Assembly: GCF_000017845.1 (NCBI RefSeq)
Contig: NC_010546.1
Location: forward strand, 1,260,001 to 1,292,000
Length of the DNA stretch: 32,000 nt
Reading direction: 5' to 3'
DNA from: Crocosphaera subtropica ATCC 51142
GTDB taxonomy: Bacteria; Cyanobacteriota; Cyanobacteriia; Cyanobacteriales; Microcystaceae
Position 1 is the first letter of the stretch. Every line of letters starts with the position of its first letter. The position numbers and the translations under genes were made by a program. Below, piece by piece: positions 6,710 through 13,714 of this stretch. A model generated the notes under the pieces. It searched no databases, was not told the origin of the DNA, and was given only the letters and a program-made list of their open reading frames with translations.

Positions 6710-8038
6710 ATGGTTAATTCAGAATATTATTTCATCAGTGATCTTCATATTGGTGGTGAAGGCAACTTAGCCGTTTGTGATTTTGAAACAGAATTAATTG
6801 ATTTTTTACAACTTCTAGAAGGTAAAACTCATTCTACAGAATTGATTATCCTCGGCGATGCTTTTAGCTTTTGGGAAATGACTCGTACTTCTCCTACAGC
6901 TAAATTAGAAACCATTATTACTCAGCATCCCAGATTATTTGAGCAGTTTAAACGCACAGGTCGAAATATCAAGATCACCTTGCTCCCAGGAAATCATGAC
7001 TATGAACTGGCTTGTTATGAAGAGTTTAAAACAACTCTCCAGGCTTACAATATCACTTTAGAAGCGAAAGAAGCGATTACTCGTCAAATACAGGGGAAAA
7101 CTATCTGGATCGAACACGGCCATCAACAAGACAGTTTCAATCGTATTGCTGATTTTGGTAATCCTTATGCTACCCCGATTGGCTACTATATTGTCAGTCA
7201 AATTGTAGATAGCTTAGTGGAAAGATCGAGCTTAGGTAAGTATAGCTGGCTTAAAGATATTGAATCTGTCTATCCTAACGAAGAAATCCCTTATTGGTTC
7301 TTCTCTAACTATTTCTATAAAGAGATGAGTCTCTGGTTACGTTGGGTTTTATTACCTTTTTTACTGTTATTAAGTGTGAGTCTTATCTTACTAATTAGTG
7401 CTGCCTTAGAACAAGTGGGGATAGTTAACAGTGGTTTCTTTTCTCGGCATTGGTTAGAATTTTTACAAAACTTTGGTTTTGCTGGCAAAGCTTTAGAATT
7501 TACTGTCAATTTAGTTTTGTTCATTGATAGTTTATTTTTAGGAAGCTTAATTTTAGTAATGATTCCTTTATTATTTGTTTTTAGAGATATTCAAAAAACT
7601 TTGCGTCGATATGGCTTTAAAAGTAAGAAACATGGACTAAAGAGTAAACAGAATTCTTATCTTGAAGCTGCCCGCCAAGTTTTTGAACAAAATCCAGATG
7701 TCTTTGCCTTTGTCTATGGACACACCCATCATCCTTCCTTAACTCGAATTGACCCTAATTCCAGCTATGTTTTAGGCGATCGCTATGTTATCAATACAGG
7801 GAGTTGGCTCAAAAAACTTAAGAGAATTCCCTCTATTTTTCGATTTTTCCCCGCTGTTTATTATCCTTCTTTTCAACTCAATTACTTTAAAATTTTCATT
7901 AATAATGGGAAAATTGAAATTTTCTATGAGTGTTTGCCCAAAGAAGCTGAATCAGGTTTAACCCTCTTAGAGAAGCTAGCAATAATAGGTCGAAAAAAAC
8001 AAAGATTCATTTCACTTCCACAACATACTATTATTTAA
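6710..8038 (+). CDS. Calcineurin-like metallophosphoesterase interrupted by a two-helix membrane hairpin
   Basis: Ordered phosphoesterase motifs: ISDLHIGG (DxH), ILGDAFSFWE (GD), LLPGNHDYE (GNHD/E), IEHGHQQD (H) and, after the insert, VYGHTHHP (GHxH). Two long hydrophobic segments sit between the last two motifs: LWLRWVLLPFLLLLSVSLILLISAAL and VNLVLFIDSLFLGSLILVMIPLLFVF (nt ~7322-7585). The gene contains the only exact HIP1 site (7776..7783) in the 1.1-10.3 kb region. Confidence 0.85.
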   Translation: MVNSEYYFISDLHIGGEGNLAVCDFETELIDFLQLLEGKTHSTELIILGDAFSFWEMTRTSPTAKLETIITQHPRLFEQFKRTGRNIKITLLPGNHDYELACYEEFKTTLQAYNITLEAKEAITRQIQGKTIWIEHGHQQDSFNRIADFGNPYATPIGYYIVSQIVDSLVERSSLGKYSWLKDIESVYPNEEIPYWFFSNYFYKEMSLWLRWVLLPFLLLLSVSLILLISAALEQVGIVNSGFFSRHWLEFLQNFGFAGKALEFTVNLVLFIDSLFLGSLILVMIPLLFVFRDIQKTLRRYGFKSKKHGLKSKQNSYLEAARQVFEQNPDVFAFVYGHTHHPSLTRIDPNSSYVLGDRYVINTGSWLKKLKRIPSIFRFFPAVYYPSFQLNYFKIFINNGKIEIFYECLPKEAESGLTLLEKLAIIGRKKQRFISLPQHTII

Positions 8039-8155
8039 TTTTAAAAAATAGGTATTCTTCTTCATACTCAAAACTATCTTTTCCACCCTATTAAATTCGT
8101 GTTCTTTCATTCCTGCTAACCGCATCACTTTCCAAGTCTTAACTTCTTCTCCTCG

Positions 8156-8939
8156 TCAGTGAATTTCGGTAATTGCCCATTGAATGCGTCGATTTTGGAA
8201 TTCTGTGACTGATTCAGTGACTTCTGAGAGATAAGCTTGAGTCAAAGGCAATTTATCCAGCTTTTGCTGCAACATGGCTTTTAAACCTGTCGTTGTGCCA
8301 ATTTTACCGATGGTTATGCGTTGGGGAATATCAAGATTGAGCAGTTGAGTCACCACTTCTTCTACTTGCAGTTTAATCTGCTTATCTCGTTCTTCCCAAT
8401 TAACTCGCTTATTGATAGAAACAGGACGCTGTAAGGTGGGTGAATGCTCGTGAATGCTCATTTAACCAATCTTTATCATTACGATACAGCCACATCCCTG
8501 AAACTTGATGTAAACGATGCCAATATGTCTCCCCATACTGCTGTAAATCTTGCCTGAAACATTGGGGACAAAATCGCAGATATTCAGCATAATACAGCTT
8601 TGACTTAGGGATTTTCGCTATTTGTGCAATCGATTTACTTTCCTTACCCTCCATCAATTCCTGTAACCGTTTCACCTCACGATTGCTCAAAAACGTCCGA
8701 TAATAGGGTAATAAAGTATGCTCTTGTAATAACTGATTAAGGGTTAAATTTGACCCTAAAGGTAACTTATTGATTAAAGTAACCAGATTGTTCGGTAATC
8801 CGAGATAATATTGCTTTTTTCCTGCTGTGTTAAACAAATCAATCTGTGTCTGCCGAAAACTACGGTTTCCACTCCTGAGATGATAACGACACAGCACACT
8901 GTAGAATAGTTCATCACTCAGAAATATCCACAGGAGCAA
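8156..8939 (-). pseudogene. tniQ: tnsD/tniQ-like Tn7 target-selector gene, disrupted (frame break and internal deletion near 8460-8500)
   Basis: Track ORF 8409..8939 carries the TniQ N-terminal domain: SDELFYSVLCRYHLRSGNRS...HTLLPYYRTFL...YLRFCPQCFRQDLQQYGETYWHRLHQV (zinc-knuckle CPxC...H). It then runs into unrelated out-of-frame residues and a stop. Track ORF 8156..8461, in another frame, carries a TnsD-type C-terminal region: RVNWEERDKQIKLQVEEV...PQRITIGKIG...LDKLPLTQAYLSEVTESVTEFQNRRIQWA. Together these make about 250 aa, against roughly 500 aa for intact TnsD-type proteins. Confidence 0.75.
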
Positions 8940-9285
8940 TATCTCGGTACTTCTTCATTTGTACTAAATTCCCCGAACGTATTGCGTCTAACATCGGTTT
9001 CACTAGATATAATCCTTCTTGTGCAACCTTGTGAATTAAATCAATGGTTATGATTTCATCGCCACCGATAGTAATAGCTCGCCATTGCACCATTTTGTAC
9101 AATTTGATCAGAATGTCTATGATTCCTTGGGTTTCTTCATACAGTACGTCACTAATTTCCTGAGAATAGGGAACCTCGGTTTTTGTCCACTGATCATCCC
9201 ACATTCCCTCCACAAAAAACTGCCAATCTCTGTCATTTTCCATGCGTTTCCAGCATACTGCACCTTCTCCTGTTCCCCGGTACAT
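8914..9285 (-). pseudogene. tnsC: C-terminal fragment of a tnsC-like (AAA+ transposition regulator) gene; the ATPase core is missing
   Basis: ...WKRMENDRDWQFFVEGMWDDQWTKTEVPYSQEISDVLYEETQGIIDILIKLYKMVQWRAITIGGDEIITIDLIHKVAQEGLYLVKPMLDAIRSGN... matches the C-terminal ~110 aa pattern of TnsC proteins (W...F...LW..Q.....LS.E....LYE.SQGI.DI..KL....Q..AI..G.E.IT...I..VA......V.PML.A.R.G). The frame opens only a few codons upstream, after a stop near 9325. Its 3' end overlaps the tniQ start (8914..8939), as in intact tnsC-tnsD operons. Confidence 0.7.
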
Positions 9286-9341
9286 AATGGAAAGGTTGAG
9301 TATAATATAGCTAGTGGGAGATTAGAGATAATGTGAACAGA

Positions 9342-9532
9342 ATGTCTACAGCTTATTTTCAAAATCTGATTGAATCAATCGAAACCTTATTAATTGAAGA
9401 TCAAGATTATTTATTTGATTTAATCCGTAAAAGACGCATCGAAAAAAGAATCCTGAACTACAAAATAAGATTACCAGTGTTTTAATATTATTAGCTAAAG
9501 ATCCTTTTACTCCATCTTTAAAGTCTCATTAA
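9342..9532 (+). pseudogene. Collapsed type II toxin-antitoxin remnant (antitoxin N-terminus fused by deletion and frameshift to an internal piece of a RelE/StbE-family toxin)
   Basis: Frame 1 from ATG 9342 reads MSTAYFQNLIESIETLLIEDQDYLFDLIRKRRIEKR..., the antitoxin-like pattern L..EEQ..L.D.L..R..E.RR. From 9443 a second frame reads KKNPELQNKITSVLILLAKDPFTPSLKSH*. This matches residues ~18-46 of the common cyanobacterial RelE/StbE toxins (..NP.LQ..I...L.LL..DPFTP.LKTHKLKG..), and a stop follows directly at 9530..9532. Confidence 0.45.
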
Positions 9533-9545
9533 ATATTTTAGGAAG

Positions 9546-10223
9546 CTATTTGCGAATTTGGTTATTACGAATATATAAATAATTCATGTTGTCATAAGGA
9601 AGAATACCAGACCAAATAGTTAATCCTAAAATAACTAATTTATGAATCATTTTATAGTTATCAATAAAATTAGAAATAGAATCATTAAAATTATAGTTAA
9701 TTATTAATAAAATAACGATTCCCATTAAATTGTTTTTGTCATTTTTTAGACTATCGACGCTTTTATTATGATTGTCAAGTCTCTTTTGTATTTTTTCATC
9801 TTGATGAGTTTCTAAATAGTTTTCTACCTCATGTTTAAATACTATATTTTTATTATATTTATATTTTTTTTGTACTTCTGATTCAGGATATATATTGATG
9901 ATCCAATGAATTATATATTGTAGTTCAATCAATAAGTTACTCACTAATATTCTAAACAATTGAGCAAGATGTGAAAGTAAGAAATATCCTATTATTACTA
10001 TCATATAAGGAATAAGGTTTATTATTTGTTCATTAATTATTGAAAAATTATCAGATGAAGAAAAACTTTTTATAAAAATTAAATATTTCTGTATAAATAC
10101 AAATGTCAAGATATAACCTGTAATAAATGTTAACTGTAAAACCTTACTCCAATTGCTAGTATCTTTATCAAAAATTAGTTTAAACTGTTCTTTGAGCCAA
10201 TCTATTATCATATTTTTTCTCAC
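9546..10223 (-). CDS. Hypothetical membrane protein in extremely AT-rich DNA (about 4 TM plus a Lys/Asn-rich loop)
   Basis: A 225-codon open frame (GTG 10223, or ATG 10211 four codons in). Three 60-nt lines I counted gave only 12-27 percent G+C, and stop codons are frequent in such DNA, so a 678-nt ORF is unlikely by chance. Hydrophobic helices include VLQLTFITGYILTFVFI, LIPYMIVIIGYFLLSHLAQLF, LMGIVILLIINY and LVILGLTIWSGIL. No family recognised. Confidence 0.5.
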   Translation of the reverse strand: MRKNMIIDWLKEQFKLIFDKDTSNWSKVLQLTFITGYILTFVFIQKYLIFIKSFSSSDNFSIINEQIINLIPYMIVIIGYFLLSHLAQLFRILVSNLLIELQYIIHWIINIYPESEVQKKYKYNKNIVFKHEVENYLETHQDEKIQKRLDNHNKSVDSLKNDKNNLMGIVILLIINYNFNDSISNFIDNYKMIHKLVILGLTIWSGILPYDNMNYLYIRNNQIRK

Positions 10224-10269
10224 ATTTGCTTTTATTTATAATCATTATACTTATATTATAAATAATGAA

Positions 10270-10294
10270 GGATAGTATATTAGTTACACTATCC
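10270..10294 (-). terminator. Stem-loop 35 nt downstream of the glmS stop (possible glmS terminator)
   Basis: GGATAGT (10270-10276) pairs with ACTATCC (10288-10294) around an 11-nt loop. On the minus strand it is followed by TTCATTATTT, a T/A-rich stretch without a clean U-tract. Confidence 0.3.
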
Positions 10295-10328
10295 ATCGCT
10301 ATCTAAGCAAAGTTAATTCTAATGAATT

Positions 10329-12215
10329 TTATTCCACTGTAACACTCTTAGCTAAATTCCGAGGTTGATCTACATCTAAACCTCTTCTAGCTGCAATATG
10401 ATAGGCTAATAATTGTAAGGGAATGACGGCAATAATCGGGGATAAAATTTCATCCACATGGGGAACAAATAATAAGTCATCGAATGTTGATCTCGCTTCA
10501 TTATCATCAACAGAAGTTACCCCTATTAACCTTGCATCCCTTGCTTTTGCTTCTTGAGCATTGGATAATACTTTATCATGAACTTCTCCCGGCATAGCAA
10601 TAGCAACCACAGGAACTTTCGCATCTAATAAAGCAATGGGCCCGTGTTTCATTTCTCCAGCAGGGTAGCCTTCAGCATGAATATAACTGATTTCTTTTAA
10701 TTTTAAAGCCCCTTCTAAAGCAATGGGAAAATTAACCCCTCTTCCTAAGAAAATAAAGTCCTGGGTTTCGATAAATTCGTGGGCTAATTCTTCAATTTGT
10801 TTTTCTTGTTGACTTAAAATGAGCTCAATTTGATTGGGTAATTCTCTTAACCCTTTAATCAAACTTTCAAACTTTTCTAAACTCAACCGTTTACGACGAT
10901 AAGCTAACTCTAATGCTAAGAAATAAAAGCCCATTAATTGCGCCGTAAAACTCTTAGTAGCCGCCACACCAATTTCTATCCCTGCTTGGGTATTAATGAT
11001 ACGATCTACCATGTGAGCAAGGGTACTTTCGGGACGATTAGTAATGCCTAAAATTCGGGCATCGTAAGGAAATTCTAAGCCCATTCTGCGCTGTTTTTCC
11101 ATCTCCAATGCGGCTAAAGTATCGGCGGTTTCCCCTGACTGTGTGACCCCAACGGTTAAGGTATTAGCTAACATGGGGGCAGGAGAATAACGAAACTCTG
11201 AGGCATATTGCACCATCGTGGGAATACCGGCTAATTGTTCGAGTAAATATTTACCCACGACACTAGCATTCCAACTGGTCCCACAAGCGACAATTTGAAT
11301 ATAATCGACGTTGTCACATAATTCTGCTGCTAATCCTAGCGCAATGGGGCTTTTTTCTTCCCCATTTTCAATATTCCAGCTAGGATCTAAATAGGTTTCT
11401 AAACAACTTCTTACTACCGAAGGTTGCTCATAAATTTCTTTGAGCATGAAATGACGAAACCCTTGTTTTTCAACGGTGGCAATATTCCAATCAAGGGTTC
11501 TCGGAAGCTTTCTCAGGCGTTTGAGGTCAAAATCGTAAACTTCTACGCCGAGGGCAGTTAAACGGGCAATTTCGCCGTTTTCCAGAGATAAAACCGCATG
11601 GGTATGAGGCACAACCGCCGTGACATCGGAGGCGCAGAAAAATTCCCCTTGTCCAAAGCCGATAATTAAAGGGGCCTGATGCCGTGCGACAATAATTTCA
11701 TCCGGGTAGTCTGCACAGATAACGGCGATCGCAAAAGACCCATTGAGACGATGAACAGCTTTTTGTACTGCTTCTAATAACCCATCATAATCAACGGTTT
11801 CAGGAAGATATTGAGCAATTAAATGGGGAATTACTTCGGTATCAGTTTCTGAGAGAAATTCACACCCTTTCTCTATCAATTCTTCCCGTAATTCTTGGTG
11901 ATTTTCAATAATGCCATTTTGCACCACTGCCACCCGTTTGCTACTATCTCTGTGAGGGTGGGCGTTATGTTCTTCTGGTTTGCCGTGGGTGGCCCAGCGA
12001 GTGTGGCCGATACCCATTTGTGAGGGGTTAACCTCCCGTTCTAATTTTTCTCTGAGGTTATAGAGTTTGCCTTTTGCCCTCGTACAGTGTACCGTACCTT
12101 CTAAAACTGTAGCAATACCGGCTGAATCATAGCCTCTGTATTCTAATCGTTCTAAACCGTCGATTAATACCTCGGTTGCTGTTTTGGTGCCAATATAGCC
12201 AACAATTCCACACAT
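10329..12215 (-). CDS. glmS: Glutamine--fructose-6-phosphate aminotransferase (isomerising)
   Basis: MCGIVGYIG... carries the Ntn Cys nucleophile at residue 2. Two SIS domains follow (QSGETADT), and the canonical C-terminus is ...DQPRNLAKSVTVE. The track ORF starts 17 codons earlier (12266), but the catalytic Cys must follow the initiator Met, so I place the start at ATG 12215..12213. Confidence 0.97.
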   Translation of the reverse strand: MCGIVGYIGTKTATEVLIDGLERLEYRGYDSAGIATVLEGTVHCTRAKGKLYNLREKLEREVNPSQMGIGHTRWATHGKPEEHNAHPHRDSSKRVAVVQNGIIENHQELREELIEKGCEFLSETDTEVIPHLIAQYLPETVDYDGLLEAVQKAVHRLNGSFAIAVICADYPDEIIVARHQAPLIIGFGQGEFFCASDVTAVVPHTHAVLSLENGEIARLTALGVEVYDFDLKRLRKLPRTLDWNIATVEKQGFRHFMLKEIYEQPSVVRSCLETYLDPSWNIENGEEKSPIALGLAAELCDNVDYIQIVACGTSWNASVVGKYLLEQLAGIPTMVQYASEFRYSPAPMLANTLTVGVTQSGETADTLAALEMEKQRRMGLEFPYDARILGITNRPESTLAHMVDRIINTQAGIEIGVAATKSFTAQLMGFYFLALELAYRRKRLSLEKFESLIKGLRELPNQIELILSQQEKQIEELAHEFIETQDFIFLGRGVNFPIALEGALKLKEISYIHAEGYPAGEMKHGPIALLDAKVPVVAIAMPGEVHDKVLSNAQEAKARDARLIGVTSVDDNEARSTFDDLLFVPHVDEILSPIIAVIPLQLLAYHIAARRGLDVDQPRNLAKSVTVE

Positions 12216-12421
12216 AATTTTATATATATTGATGATTAATTTATTAATTGTCGATGATGATGCCAAAAATGACCAGGGTTTTATGATTTATTGATGACTT
12301 ATCTTAGGTCATAAGTTGTCTAGACGTGGGTTACCCCTTTTCTGTTTCATTCAATCAATGTACGGTTTGTCAAGACTAAATAAATTATAAAATCATCTAA
12401 TATATGGATATATGGATCTAT

Positions 12422-12471
12422 TTTGCCCACCTGTAACTTAAGTCAACAAAGATAAGTTACAGGTGGGCAAA
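12422..12471. repeat. Perfect 19-bp inverted repeat (stem-loop with a 12-nt loop) in the ORF-free region upstream of glmS
   Basis: TTTGCCCACCTGTAACTTA (12422-12440), loop AGTCAACAAAGA, TAAGTTACAGGTGGGCAAA (12453-12471). The 10-mer TTTGCCCACC and its GGTGGGC partner recur in the hairpin at 18668-18688. Confidence 0.85.
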
Positions 12472-12529
12472 TAATCAAAAAATTATTAATTAATAGATAA
12501 TTGACAATTATTTGTGCTAATAACAATTT

Positions 12530-12549
12530 ACCCGCCTTCGGAGGCGGGT
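12530..12549. terminator. GC-rich 8-bp stem with a 4-nt loop (ACCCGCCT-TCGG-AGGCGGGT); possible terminator or 3' end of an unannotated transcript
   Basis: The hairpin is read directly from the sequence. No clean U-tract follows on either strand (plus: TAATCAG; minus: AAATTGTTATT), so the terminator role is uncertain. Confidence 0.35.
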
Positions 12550-12928
12550 TAATCAGTGTACAAAGGATATGGACTCCTAGAAATATAAATGAATTGGTTA
12601 GATAGTGACTAACTAAAGTGAACACTGAACTCACAATGCTTTTTCACTTTTTCAACATCCTCTTTCCGACTCAGGTGTTGATCATGGCTCTCACCCTAAC
12701 ATCTTCTTAAATTAATCACATAAAAAGCTGTGGGTAATACCATCGTGTCTTTTTAGAATGTTGCTGTTAAAAACACTGCGTCGACCAGAGCAGACGGCAC
12801 AGACTCCAATCGATATTTTTTTAGAAGTTTGGTGTACTTCTTTGTGCCTGTCTTGATAGTAGCATCAACCTTAGAAAAATGCCTCATTTTCTTTACAAAA
12901 CTTTATGCTGAAAGGAATTAGGTAAAAA

Positions 12929-13693
12929 TTACCAAGGAAGACAATTGCCATCCCAAGAAAAGAATTGTCCTGTATCATTTTCAGTTAAGTTATCAATAAT
13001 AGTTAATAGTTGTTTAACGGTTCTTTCCACAGAAAATAACTTCTCTAGGGGAACATTTTTTTGGAACGGTTTAGATAAATTGGTGTCCGTTGTGCCAGGA
13101 TGTAATGCAACCACAATTGTATGAGGACAAGTTCTTTTATATTCAATAGAAATGGTTTTTAAAAACATATTAAGGGCTGCTTTTGAAGCGCGATAACCGT
13201 ACCAACCCCCCAGATAATTATCTTCAATACTGCCCACTTTGGCACTAATAGCAGCAAAAATGCTCTGGTGGGAATGACGAAAGAAAGGTAATAAATGTTT
13301 AGCTAATAAAACACTGGCGATACTATTAACTTGAAAGTAGGTCAATAAGTTTTCAGTGTTAATATGTCTGAGACTTTTTTCAGGATTAATATTATCTTCA
13401 TGAAGAATACCGACACAGTTAATAACTAAATGGAGTTCTGATATTTCTTGTTTTAACTGTTTAGCTAGATTACTGATTTGTTCTTCTTCGATAATATCTA
13501 ACTGTAATAATGTTAGAGAGTGAGAATATTGAATCTGTAACTTAAATAACTCTTGTGCTGTTTCTTTTTGGCGATAAGTTGCATAAATATTGACCCTTTC
13601 TTCACGTTCAATCAGAATTTTCACAAATCCTAGTCCAATTCCCCTAGAAGCCCCAATAATGAGAATATTTTTATCAATCTTTTCAGTATTCAT
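12929..13693 (-). CDS. Short-chain dehydrogenase/reductase (CsgA/C-factor-like SDR subfamily)
   Basis: Cofactor motif IIGASRGIGLG, catalytic YRASKAALN, and the C-terminal ...FFSWDGNCLPW typical of this SDR subgroup. Confidence 0.9.
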   Translation of the reverse strand: MNTEKIDKNILIIGASRGIGLGFVKILIEREERVNIYATYRQKETAQELFKLQIQYSHSLTLLQLDIIEEEQISNLAKQLKQEISELHLVINCVGILHEDNINPEKSLRHINTENLLTYFQVNSIASVLLAKHLLPFFRHSHQSIFAAISAKVGSIEDNYLGGWYGYRASKAALNMFLKTISIEYKRTCPHTIVVALHPGTTDTNLSKPFQKNVPLEKLFSVERTVKQLLTIIDNLTENDTGQFFSWDGNCLPW

Positions 13694-13714
13694 TATATTT
13701 TGTAGTATAATTTA

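Noticed and set aside
8156-9285. Possibility that the tnsC/tniQ fragments belong to a CRISPR-associated transposon (type V-K or I-F CAST)
   Set aside because: I found no cas12k or Cascade genes, no CRISPR repeats and no tracrRNA-like region nearby. The tniQ remnant has a TnsD-type C-terminal region, and the locus is at glmS rather than a tRNA or a spacer-defined site. This fits classical TnsD/glmS targeting better.
9085-9362. Track ORFs 9085..9336(+) and 9117..9362(-)
   Set aside because: They overlap the tnsC fragment in other frames or strands and have no recognisable features. The tnsC-like frame explains the region better.
12216-12420. glmS ribozyme/riboswitch in the glmS leader
   Set aside because: The glmS ribozyme is characteristic of Gram-positive bacteria. 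I could not find its conserved core in this AT-rich leader and have no evidence for it here.
12443-12634. 63-aa track ORF on the minus strand upstream of glmS
   Set aside because: It reads straight through both the perfect 19-bp stem-loop and the GC-rich hairpin, and its sequence has no features. More likely non-coding structured DNA.
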